Assembly: GCA_043228905.1 (NCBI GenBank)
Contig: JBHGNT010000007.1
Location: 21,080,001-21,144,000, forward strand
Direction: 5' to 3'
DNA length: 64,000 bases
DNA from: Azolla caroliniana
Lineage: Eukaryota; Plantae; Polypodiophyta
Part shown: positions 1 to 11,082 of the stretch, piece by piece
Position numbering within the stretch: position 1 is the stretch's first letter
How the letters are laid out: each line of letters starts with the position of its first letter
Made by a program: the position numbers and the translations under genes
Notes under the pieces: model-generated
Seen by the model: only the letters and a program-made list of their open reading frames with translations
Told to the model about the DNA's origin: nothing
Database searches by the model: none

Positions 1-2110
1 AAAAGCCAGGGCACTTCCAAAAGAATTGCCGACACTTCCGGAAGCAGAAAGGAACTAAAAATGCTGACTCGAAGAAGGGTTCGAACCGGAGGAGTTCGGA
101 TCGAAAATGAAAGTTGGCAATCGCGACAAGTGAAGAAGAGTTGTTAACTTTCTCATCACCGAGGAAAAGGAGCTACATCTTGTTAGCGATGAAACGGCGT
201 GGGTGGTCGACTCCAGCACATTGTTCCATCTTACCCCCGATCGGAAATGAAGGCGGGGAATGAAGGTGCATGTCGGATTGCTGGCATAGGAGACATGTGG
301 TTGACTATGTCAACCAGGTGCAAGTTGCTATTGAATCCGGATGGGGAATGAAGCTGCATGTCGGATTGCTGGCATAGGAGACATGTGGTTGACTACGTCA
401 ATCGGGTGCAAGTTGCTGGCATAGGAGACATGTGGTAGACTACATCAACCCGGGTGCAAGGTGCAACCGGGTGCAGATATCTGACACGTTTCAGAGGTTC
501 GGTTGAATCTGATATCAGTCGGTTGGCTAGATGATGAAGGTTACATGGGTAGCATCCGGAACGGAGTCATGAAGTTCAACATAGGAAACTTGATCGTGGA
601 CCGAGCCCGGAAGATTAACAAACTTTACCTGATGCATTCTCGGATATGCCAGGAAGAAATGAACGTAGCATCTGAAAATGCCAGTGAGCTATGGCACAAA
701 AGGTTGTGCCACATGAGCCAAAAGGGGATGCGAAAACTTGTCGATGACAACCTCATTCCGGAGGTGAAAGACGTGCAGTTTGAGAGATGCACAGACTGCT
801 TGGCCGGCAAACAAAATGAGCCTCCTTCCGAACAAGACCACTGATGAGACGGAATGCACCGTTGGAACTTGTGCATACCGATATATGTCAAGTGGACATG
901 GAGTCACATGCCGGATTGCAGTACTTAGTGACTTTCGTAGATGACCACAACTGGAAGTTGTGGGTCTCACCACTGAAGACGAAGGACCACGTACTATCCT
1001 TCTTGAAGGAATACCAGGGGAAGGGAAACCGGCCGGAAGTTGAAGGCGGTTCGAGTAGAAAATGGAGGAGAATACCGGGGGCAGTTCAAGGAGTAGTGCT
1101 GGTCAAAGGGAATCTGGCTCAAATTCACCGTGCTGAAGACGATGGAACTGAATGGGCTGGCCGAAAGGATGAACCAGACCGAAATGGAGAGAGTCTGAAG
1201 TATGCTTGCACATGCTTAGTTTTCCAAGACATTTTAGGACAAGACGCTGATGTCGGCTACCTACGTGATTAACAGATCACCCTCAATACCCTTGGACAGA
1301 GAGAGACCACAAAGAGTATGGACTAGTAAAGATGTGTCTTACCGGTTGTCTCATTTACGTGCATGTAGCAAAGGATAGGAGAGCAAAGTTGGATCTGAAG
1401 TCCCAGCCATGCATATTCCCCAGATATTGTGATGATGAGTTCGGTTATCGAGTGTGGGATTTGGTCGACAATAAGGTCTTCCGGAGTCAAGACATAGTTT
1501 TCATGCAAGACAAGACCATTCCCGACTCGGTGTCAAAGAAGAAGATAGTGGACTCCAGGTCGACCAATAGAGATCGGTCAGAAGATACAAAGAATCATCC
1601 GGGCCAGAAACCCAATGACACTCGAGGAACAAGACGGAGTTGGACAAGAAACTGAACCAATCGAAGAAGAAGAAGAATCGGACACCAGGACCGGACAAGA
1701 CCCGGAATCAGATTCAGATGAAGAACAAACGGAGGAACCGGTGGTCCAGTACCAAGGAAGAAAGATATCCTCTCAGGGAGAGAAGAGCCCCCTAGAGATT
1801 TCCGGATGTAGAGCATGTTTTACTGACCGACGAGGGGGAGCCGGAAAACTTCAAAGAAACAAGGAAAGACACCCACAACCGCAAGTGGTTAAGTGCCATG
1901 GAAGATGAGATGGATTCCCTGCATGAGAACCATACATACAAATTGATGGAGCTTGCAAAAGGAAAGAGAGCGCTCCGGAACAAGTGGGTGTACAAGCTGA
2001 AACCGGGAGACACGGGAAATCCACCAAGGTACAAAGCCTGGATTGTGGTGAAGGAATTTTGACAAAAGAAAGGAGTGGATTTCGATGAGATCTTTTCCCC
2101 TATAGTAAAA
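1..2110 (+). mobile_element. Degenerate Ty1/Copia internal fragment: gag zinc knuckle, protease, GAG-pre-integrase, integrase and N-terminus of RT
   Basis: KPGHFQKNC knuckle at the start; AWVVDS..FHLT protease; ELWHKRLCHMSQKG; PLELVHTDIC; KRALRNKWVYKLKPG..PPRYKA. Many frameshifts and stops. Closely similar to the 18597-22615 copy. Confidence 0.92.
256..470. repeat. Local tandem re-duplication (about 3 copies) of a protease-coding segment
   Basis: ggcataggagacatgtggt(t/a)gacta..tcaa..ggtgcaag occurs three times, at about 282, 371 and 418. Confidence 0.85.
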
Positions 2111-2723
2111 CTCCGAACCGAAGAAGATTTCGGAGAGGAAAGGAACATCGGCAATCATGACAAGCAGAGAAGAACTGATGCTAATCACCAAGGAGTGTGA
2201 GCTGCACCTTGTCAACGATGAATCAACATGGGCGGTCGACTCCGAAGCATTGTTCCATCTGACCCCTAACTAGAAGTGCTTCTCATCTTTAAGAGCCGGA
2301 GATCACAATTGTGTAAACATGGGGAATGAAGGAGTAGGCCGAATTGTCGGGATAGGAGATGTGTGGCTGACAATGTCAACCGTGCGCAAGACATTATTGA
2401 AAGATGTCTGACACATTCCAGAGGTTCGACTGAACTTGATATGAGTTGGTCGGCTCGTTGATGAAGGCTACACTGGTAGCATCCGGAATGGCACATTGAA
2501 GTTCTGTAGAGGAAGCTTGATCATGGCCCGAGCTCGGAAGATCAACACACTTTACCTAATGCATGCCCGGATATGTCAAGAGGAAGTGAACATAGCATCT
2601 GACATTGTTGGTGAGTGGTGGCACAAAAGGTTATGTCACATGAGCTAGAAGGGCATGCAAAAACTTGACGAAGATAATCTCATTCAAAAGGTGAAAAATG
2701 TGCAACTTAAGAAGTGCACTATT
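2111..2723 (+). mobile_element. Second Copia fragment (protease to GAG-pre-integrase) fused to the first
   Basis: After DEIFSPIVK the sequence jumps back to the protease region (DESTWAVDS..FHLT) and continues to WWHKRLCHMS. Confidence 0.85.
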
Positions 2724-2885
2724 TGCTATGCGGAATGGTGCTCGGCCATAACCGAGTCTTAAAAACTCTATGAAAGAACAAAATAGAAATGGAGAGTAAT
2801 ACACTTATACTAACAACAGAGAACACACAAGATGTTTACGTGGAATACCCTAATAGGGAAAAAACACAAGAGGCCACGGACTCCA

Positions 2886-2979
2886 TGTAAAAACAAACAG
2901 CGTGTGGAAGCAATAGGGAACAAAAAAACAAAAAAACAGAGAATAGAGAACAGGTTTAATGGAGAACTTAACAGTACGT

Positions 2980-3013
<34 letters not shown>

Positions 3014-3334
3014 AAGAATCAGAATTTGAAAATTATGTCAACACTCTGTACATAGTATGTGCTCAACGAACACTTTTATACAAGTCCATATGGACTGACA
3101 GAAGTACGGTGTACTTCAATGCTCACTCGAGCACCTGACACTAACTACGAGAGTAATAACTCCCTAGTAGTCTAGCTGCTACTAGGCTTCCGGTTACTGA
3201 TGGATCCGGCTAACCGGCTCCCCAGCTCACCAGCTCTTTTGCTCACCGGGTGCGCACCGGCTCACCGATCCGTCTAGCTCACCGACTCAGGCTTATCCAG
3301 ACAATCCGGCTCCAATTGAGCTTGCCGCTCAACA
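2886..3334 (-). repeat. 3' LTR of the 2886-8662 Copia
   Basis: tgtaaaaacaaaca...gccgctcaaca. Near-identical to 8172-8662 apart from (AG)n length and an internal short repeat. Confidence 0.96.
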
Positions 3335-3346
3335 CTCCCCCTCAAG
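3335..3346 (-). other. Polypurine tract
   Basis: The minus strand reads cttgagggggag immediately before the 3' LTR. Confidence 0.9.
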
Positions 3347-3454
3347 ATCAACTTCAGGTCCGGTCGTAGTGTCAACATCTGTGGCAACCGGTCCTTCTGC
3401 CCGGCTCCTTCTGGCGTCACTCTGCCTTGCTCGCGCTCCTCGTCTGGTCCGGTT

Positions 3455-6400
3455 CTATTTGCCACGACCTCTCTTGTTGTGTACACCTCGACCTCCTCGG
3501 TCGGCTTTTCTGCTCAACATGCCTAATTTAACTCCCTCGCACCTGTGCCTTCGGCGCGTGTCGGTTCGCCAATTCCTTTGTGTTCGCATCGACTTTCGCT
3601 GCCCTCTCGTCCTCTTGGCCTTCTTCTTCCGGTCAACTCTGTCCTTCTTGACTCTGCCGCCGCTACCGCTTGTCCCCACTTGTTCGGATGTGTCGACTTT
3701 CTTTGTCGACTCGGCTCCTTTCTTCTTCTTGACTCTCCCTTCGTTGGTTCTTCCCTCATCGGCGCAATCGGCAGTCTCTTTGCCTTTGCCCGTTCCGGTG
3801 TCTTTGCCCGTTCTCCGCCTCAAGTGTGGCACGTCGAGACGCTGAACACCAGGCATTTCAGTGAAGTGTTGCAACTTGTCTGATCCCAGTGGTTTGGTGA
3901 AGATCTCGGCAACTTGCCGATCCGTGTGAACATACCAAATTTTGACCTCACCGCTCAGGACACGCTCACGCACGAAGTGATAATGCACTTCTATGTGCTT
4001 TGTGCGAGCATGGAATACGGGGTTCCTGGCGAGCTGCATGCTACTTATGTTGTCGCAGTAGATCAGAATCGGGGTCGGTACCTCGACCCGTAGGTCTTGC
4101 AGCAGTCGCCGAAGCCAAATGGCTTCACACGTGGCAATGGTAGCACCCAGATACTCAGCCTCAGTGCTCGATAGAGCAACTGTTGGCAACTTTTTGCCTC
4201 TCCGTGCAACAGCCGCGCTACCTAGGGAAAACATGTAACCGGAGGTTGATCGGCAGTCTGATGCATCGCTGGCCCAATCAGCATCTATGTAACCGACCAG
4301 CTCTTCGGTGATACCTCGCCGGTATAACAGTCCCCGGTCCTTCGTGCCGCTCACATACTGTAGTATTCGGTGCGCACACTGAAGATGCTCTGCGGTCGGC
4401 TTCTGCATGAATTGGCTAATCACACCGACCGGATAGCTGATGTCGGGTCGGGTGATGGTCAAATATATAAGGCTTCCGACAATTTTTCGGAACCGTTTCT
4501 CATCGCAAGCCAGTCCGGAGTCGGGACAGAGCTTCTGGTTCCAGTCCAGGGGAGTAGAGATAGGTCGGCATTCCGTCATGCCGAACTTGTACAACATATT
4601 CAACACATAGTGCCTTTGTGAGAGCAATATGTCGTCGGGGGTTTGGATCACCTCGATCCCAAGAAAATAATGAACGTCCCCCATGTCCTTCATCTCAAAC
4701 GCATCCAACAACTAGGACTTGACTCGGCTGATTTCATTGAGTCCGGGTCTGGTGATGACCAAATCATCAATGTACAACAAGATGCAAATCGGACCATCCG
4801 GACCTTGGCGGATGAACAACGAAGAGTCAGACTTGGAGGCCGCAAACCCCATCTTACGCAACCGGTGTGTGATCTTCGTATTCCAAGCTCGGGGGGCTTG
4901 CTTAAGGCCATAAAGTGACTTCTTCAGCCGGCATACCGCTGACTTGTTCATCTCCATCTAGAAACCAGGGGGTTGTATCATAAAGACCTCTTCTTCAAGA
5001 TCTCCTTGAAGAAATGCATTCTTGACATCCATCTGGTGAAGATGCCACCCCCTTGCTACATCTTTGCTACCGGAGTGAAGGTCTCGTCATAGTCGATTCC
5101 GTGGGTCTGTGCATAGCCCTTCGCCACTAACCGGGCCTTGTACCAGTTAACTGAACCGTCAGCATTGTACTTAACCTTGTACACCCACTTGCATCCAATC
5201 GGTTTACTATGACGGGGAGGGTCAACTAGGTCCCATGTATCGTTGGCATCAAGTGCCCGCATCTCTTCTTCCATTGCGGCACGCCAATGTGCGTACTTTG
5301 CCGCTTCTGCGTAGCTCTTCGGCTCACGCACTTCCGCCACCTTGGTCATGTACGGATAGTGATGCACCATGTACTCATTGTACCCGTACCGTTTAACAGG
5401 TTCGTTCTGGCGGGTTGACCAGCGTAACCCACCGTTACCCGGTTTGACGCCCTTCTTGGCCGGTTTGGTGTTCGGTGCCAAAGAACCGTCATTTTCCTTT
5501 CCGAAGTCGAATCCGCTCCGATCCGACTCATCAATACCGGTTTCATAATCCAGCATCTTCTTCTTCCCCTTCTCTTTGCGAGTGAACCGTCTCCTCGGTT
5601 CCTTGCGCGGGGAGAGCACGACAGAGTCTTCAGTACTTGCTGGTTCTTCTTCTGACTGGTCGGATTGACCTAGTCACTCGTTCGGCCCACTCAACCGAAA
5701 CGATTCCAGACTCTCTTCTTGAGTCCTGGATTCATCATCTTCCAACTGGGCCGGTTCAGGCTCACTAGTCTCATCCTTCGGTATTGGGTCGGGGTCAGAA
5801 GTCGGAGCTGGTAAGCCATACCACGATGCCGTCTTATCAAACTCAACATTGCGGCTAACTCGAACCTGCTTCGTCCGGGGGTTATAACACTTATAGCATT
5901 TTTGCTCATGTGAGTAGCCGACAAGGATGCACTTCTCCGATTTTGCATCTAGCTTCCTCCGCTCCTCATCCGGCACGTGCACATATGGTATGCTGCCGAA
6001 AATCCGAAGGTGTCTCAAATTCGGCTTGCGCCCGAAATATAGCTCATGCACGGACACCTTGTCACTGATCCCGTTTTGGATGTAGACGGTCGTCCGGACC
6101 ACCTTCGCCCAGAAGAAATGGGGCATGCTCTTGTCTTCCAGCATTACCCTTCCCGCGTGGACAAGCAACCGGTTCTTCCCTTAGGCCACACCGTTTTGCT
6201 CCGGTGTGTATCTACAGCGGAACTCTCTCCGAATTCCTGTTTGCTGCAGATAACTGTTTAATTGGCCGGAAAAATATTCTTTTCCGCCATCTGACTGCAG
6301 GCACTTGATCTTCCTCTCCGATTCCCGTTCCACCATGCTCTAGAGGTTCCGGAAACAGTCTAAGACTTCACTCTTCCGCTCAATGAGGTAGATCCATGTG

Positions 6401-8106
6401 TGCGGGCTATAGTCGTCGATGAAGGAGATGAAGTATCGACTCCCGCCAAGACTCACGTTTTGTGCTGGTCCCCATACATCCGAATGAATAAGATCGAGCT
6501 TGTTATGGCTACGGTTTTGTTCGGCGGGGAATGGAAGCCGGTGTTGCTTCCCGAGTTGGCAGGCTTCACATACTTGGGCCTTCCGGCCACTAAACTTCGA
6601 CAAACCAAAAAGAACTTGTTTCGTTTGCAAGTCTTGAAGCCGCCAGTAATTGACATGGCCGATCCGCTTGTGCCACATGTCGATGTCCAATTTGACCTTC
6701 TGTCCTTTGGCGAACAAAGCAGTGCCGACGTCATTGGTGTCGAGGATGAACATCCTCCCATCTCTGCGCCCTTGCACGATAATCTGGCCCTCCTCCTTGA
6801 TGAAGCACCCGAGGTGCATAAACCGCACCTGCATTCCCTGGTCGAGGATCTGTCCGACCGACACCAGGTTCTTCGTGATAGTCGGAACATGTAATACTTT
6901 CATCAGTTTCCCCCTCTGTCCGACATGGCTCAGGGGAACTTCTCTGACATGCACGATTGGGTGTGGAGTCGTCTCCTGTTTCGACAACTCCTGGTTGTTC
7001 CGGTTTCTCCAAGAAGCAGAACCACTCTTTGTGACTCGTCATGTGATTTGACGCACCAGAATCAACGTACCACACTTCCTCCGATTTGGAAGTGGTCTTC
7101 TTCATTGAATTTGCCTTGTGCTTCATCACCAAGGTTGGCCCCTTACCGGTCTTCCCGGTTCCGGATCCTCTTGATCCTTGTGCATAGAGCGAGCTTTGCC
7201 GGTTCTCCTGACCAGTTTTGCCGGATCCAGATCTGTCCAAATCGACGCGTTTCTTCCAGCGCTCGATTTCTCTGTGGCCCTTTTTCCACAGTACCAGCAT
7301 TCCGTGGCGGATTTGTCTTGCCAGCTTCCGGTGCCGCCTTGACTCCCCCTGCTTGTGGAAGTCCCGGAACTGTTGTCGGCACGGTCTTTGTGCCGTCGGT
7401 CTTGACCTTGCCGGCCGCCTCCATTGCGTGCCGACCCACCTCGTCCACCACGCCCACGGGGCCGATCTACCTCCGTGTATAGCATCCGGCTGTCGGTGGG
7501 TGCACTTGTTGACGCACTGGCGTGGTTCTCCTCTGCAAGGAGCATCGACTGTAGGTCGAAAAATGACGGCGTATTCTCCCTCATACATACTACTGTTCGG
7601 AAAGCTCGGAACTTAGATGCCAAGCCCCCAAGACAGACCTGTACCATCTCGTCTTCCTCTACCGTGACGTTGATAGAGGCAAGCGAGTCACAGATCTCTT
7701 TGATTCGGGCCGTGTAATCAGCCACCGACATGTCCTTCTATCGGACATTGCTCAACTCCTGTCGGAGTTGCAGCTTCCGGGCTGTAGTGCTTGCGGTGAA
7801 CACCTTCTTCAGGTTTCCCCAAGCCTCTTTCGGCATCCCGATATCTCGGACGTGGTTCAGCAGCTGGTCTCCGACACTCGACGCAAAGCAATACATCACT
7901 CTGCTTGCCGATTGTTCCCACACCGGGAAGTCCTTGTGTGCCGCATCAAGTGTTGTGTTGTTTGCTTCGTTGACATAGCTCCAGTACCCATGCCCAAGCA
8001 GGTACTGGCGCATCTTGTAAGACCAAGATGCGTAGTTGGTTCTGTCGAGCTTCTCCACCGGGAGCAAGCTAGCCATTCCTCTATCCATTTCACTTTTCCT
8101 ATTCAT
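3455..8106 (-). pseudogene. Copia gag-pol polyprotein, frameshifted
   Basis: KLDRTNYASWSYKM (gag); WYVDSGASNHMT (protease); MWHKRIGH...CEACQLGKQ and LIHSDVWGP (integrase); IGCKWVYKVK...KARLVAKGY and LLYIDDL (RT); GYIDADWA...HARTKHIEVHYHFVRE (RNase H). Confidence 0.95.
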
Positions 8107-8159
8107 TACGAAGGTTTTCCCTTCAAGCTATGTCGGCTACAGAGGTTCTCAACCCTCGC

Positions 8160-8171
8160 GCTCTGATACCA
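8160..8171 (-). other. Primer-binding site, tRNA-iMet
   Basis: The minus strand reads TGGTATCAGAGC directly after the 5' LTR. Confidence 0.95.
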
Positions 8172-8259
8172 TGTAAAAACAAACAACGTGCAGAAGAAAT
8201 AGGGAACAGAAAAATAGAGAATAGAGAACAGGTTTAATGGAGAACTTAACAGTACACGG

Positions 8260-8309
<50 letters not shown>

Positions 8310-8662
8310 AAAAAACAAGAATCAGAATTCGAAAATTATGTCAACACTCTGTACATAGTATGTGTTCAGCGAACACTTTTATACAAGTCCATACGGACTG
8401 ACAGAAGTACGGTGTACTTCAATGCTCACTCGAGCGCCTGACACTAACTATGAGAGTAATAACTCCCTAGTAGTCTACCTGCTACTAGGCTTCCGGTTAC
8501 TGATGGATCCGGCTAACCGGCTGCCCAGCTCACCGGCTCTTTTGCTCACCGGGTGCTCACCGGCTCACAGATCCGTCTTGCTCACCAGTTCACCGATCCG
8601 TCTCGCTCACCGGCTCAGGCTTATCCAGCCGATCCGGCTCCAATTGAGCTTGCCGCTCAACA
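8172..8662 (-). repeat. 5' LTR of the 2886-8662 Copia
   Basis: Direct repeat of 2886-3334, followed by the TSD ctcca. Confidence 0.96.
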
Positions 8663-9076
8663 CTCCAACTATCACTATAAGAGAAAGGGGTACAATAGGG
8701 GACTCAGAGGCAATGACCTCGAGCTCTATGCTTTCGCCAACCGGCGGTTACAACAGAAAGACTTTCTGTATCTCTCTCTCTCTTCCTCTCCCTGCAACCA
8801 CTGTACAACAATAATAACCACATACATATGAAGTGATTACCCTAAGTCATATTTATACTTATATGGATTTAGGACTAGTTACAAATATGGCCATGATAGG
8901 CACACTACAAACATATTTATAAATAGGTCCCTGCATCGGGTTCACACCGGATCCTTCCGGATTCGTCTAGTCTGGTTCCTTCCTTCGGCTCGTCCGATCC
9001 AGCTCATCCGATATGGCTCATCCGGATTTCATCTCAATCCCATCTGGAGGGACCGAACTCCCAACAACCTCCGCTT

Positions 9077-10037
9077 CACTCCGGCATGGGATGTCTTGTC
9101 AATTTGACCCGTTTCCTGCACACGTCTAGCATGCCGGTTGACAACACCTTGGTCAACATGTCCGATCCATTCTCTTCCGTGTGGATCTTCATCAGCAAAA
9201 ACTCTTTATCTTCTACCTTCTCTTAGAGCCAAAGATATCTCCTCTAGATGACACTTTGACTGTCGCAATAAAGCCACAATTCCTCCTACCGGATCCCTAG
9301 CTCTCCGATGAAGTCCTTCATCTAGATCACCTCATTGTTGCCGTCCACGACTGCCATGTACTCCACTTCCATTGTCGATAGTGCAACGGACTTCCGCAGC
9401 CTCGACTACCACGATATAGCTCCCATAACATATCCGGATGTAGATCGGATGGTATCTGCATCAGCCGACATATCTGAATCCGTAAAGCCTTCCAGTTGGG
9501 GTTTACCTGAGCCGAACCGGAGGCATAAGCTCGAGGTGCCTTACAGGTATCGAAGGATCCACTTGACAACAACCCAATGCTCTCTTCTCGGATTGCTCAT
9601 GAACCGGCAGACCAGCCCGACTGCATATCCAATATACAGCCGGGTACACACCATTGGGTACATCAGGCTTTTGACGGTAGAGGCATATGGTATCTTCATC
9701 ATTTCAGTCTTCTCCATCTTGGTCTTCGGACTTTGCTTCCTAGACAGCTTGCAGTTTGTTGAAAGTGTTGACCCGACCAGCTTCGCATTTGTCATGTTAA
9801 ACCATTGGATCACCTTTGTCACGTACTTCTCTTGTGACAGCCACAACAGCTTCTTCGTCTGGTCCCAAACAATGTGCATCCCCAATATCTGTCTCGCCGG
9901 ATCTAGATCATTCATTGAGAATGTCTAGTTCAAGTCCTTCTTTAGATTACCAATTTTGATCCGGTCTGGTCCGAAGATTAACATGTCATCCACATACAGG
10001 AGAAGTATCAAGGAATTGCCTTCGCCGAATTTCTTCG
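9077..10037 (-). mobile_element. Copia RT and RNase H fragment
   Basis: LLLYVDDML; ARQILGMHI; IPYASTVKSLMYPMVCTR; ends HPMPE* like the 22615 copy. Confidence 0.92.
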
Positions 10038-10579
10038 TTGTTGACCATACAGTCATGACAAGGAGTGCGGAATGGTAGATCATCAGTGGGTAGAGGCCTA
10101 GATGCAATTTAGGGTTTGGGGGATTAGGGTTTAGGAATTAGGGTTTGGGGGTTTAGGGATTAGGGATTAGGGGTTAGGGGTTTAGGGATTAAGGATTAGG
10201 GTTTGTTTCGGGATTAGGGATTAAGGTTGTTGACCGTATGTTCGTGACAAGGAGTGCGGAATGGTAGATCATCGATGGGTAGAGGAAAGAGGAAAAAGGG
10301 TTCATGATTAAGCATAAGAAGGGATGAGGTGTAAAGAACCACCAAGAACAATTTGAGCGCACCCAAATCGTTTAACACACTTGGTGTAAGTGAGGCATAA
10401 TGAGGCATAATGAGAGATAGAGGAAGGGGAGAGAGACGAGGGATTAATCACTAATAATAAAACTAGAAACAAGTTAAAACATAACCATAAGCTTAATGGT
10501 TTGTACGAGAGAGAGGGAGAGATTAAGGAGACTAATTTTCATTAAGACAAAGGAAAAGTTACAATACGATGGGTAATGG
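10038..10579. repeat. LTR-like fragment with a duplicated ~58-bp terminus enclosing a degenerate telomere-type array
   Basis: tgttgacc..tgacaaggagtgcggaatggtagatcatc..tgggtagagg occurs at about 10038-10096 and 10227-10285. The identity of the element is not established. Confidence 0.55.
10108..10226 (+). repeat. Interstitial degenerate telomere-like array (TTTAGGG / ATTAGGG / TTAGGG variants)
   Basis: tttagggtttgggggattagggtttaggaattagggtttgggggtttagggattagggattaggggttaggggtttagggattaaggattaggg. Confidence 0.85.
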
Positions 10580-11043
10580 TGTTACCCGGCCGACAAAGGA
10601 GCTAAGGATGGCAAAGACTAGGGTGTGAAAAGGGGAATTGTTATTTAGGAATTTGTTGTAATTATTAGTCTTAATATATATATTAATATATGAGAAGATG
10701 TGGACGGACAGACCGGAATCGGTATGCCGATCCGGATCCAGACCGATCCCGAAAAGGTGCCGGTTGGCACCGTTTTGTACTTCGCACTGGTGATCTATAT
10801 AAAGGCCCGGTTATAATGTAGTCATTAACGGAGAGTAATATAAACCTTTTGTGTAATCATTGAGTATTGTTCACCGTTCTGTGCTTATTGCATATCTTAC
10901 GCGTGTTAATAATGTATTGCTAAGTAACCGATTAAGGTCCAATTAAACGTTGTGTCATAAGTTATCTTGCCGTAACACCCTTTGGTGAAGTGTCTTAAGT
11001 GGACACCCTATGTTAGGCTGTTTTCCGGCCCTAAGGATTAACA
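10580..11043 (+). repeat. 5' LTR of a non-chromovirus Gypsy element
   Basis: TGTTA...TAACA termini; TATA-like ctatataaagg; followed by a PBS-like tggcgaccac; homologous to 13193-13418. Confidence 0.75.
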
Positions 11044-11050
11044 CAGTTTT

Positions 11051-11060
11051 TGGCGACCAC
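11051..11060 (+). other. Putative primer-binding site, tRNA-Arg type, truncated
   Basis: TGGCGACCAC is complementary to a ...GTGGTCGCCA tRNA 3' end. Only 10 nt remain before a deletion that removes gag. Confidence 0.5.
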
Positions 11061-11082
11061 GATTCTTGCACAATCGCAGTGA

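Larger units (their letters stand above)
2886..8662 (-). mobile_element. Structurally complete Ty1/Copia LTR retrotransposon (5.8 kb), coding region degenerate
   Basis: Paired TG..CA LTRs at 2886-3334 and 8172-8662; 5-bp TSD CTCCA at 2881-2885 and 8663-8667; tRNA-iMet PBS; PPT; gag-PR-INT-RT-RH domain order. Confidence 0.97.
2724..9066 (-). repeat. Copia 3' LTR split by a nested insertion (about 2724-2885 plus 8668-9066)
   Basis: Removing 2886-8667 rejoins ...ccacggactcca|actatcactat..., which matches the intact LTR at 33381 (cacaaactccaactatcactat). It ends in ccaaca at 9066, next to a degenerate PPT and the pol C-terminus. The left boundary is approximate. Confidence 0.8.

Noticed and set aside
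10108-10226. True telomere or chromosome end
   Set aside because: It is short, degenerate and interstitial.
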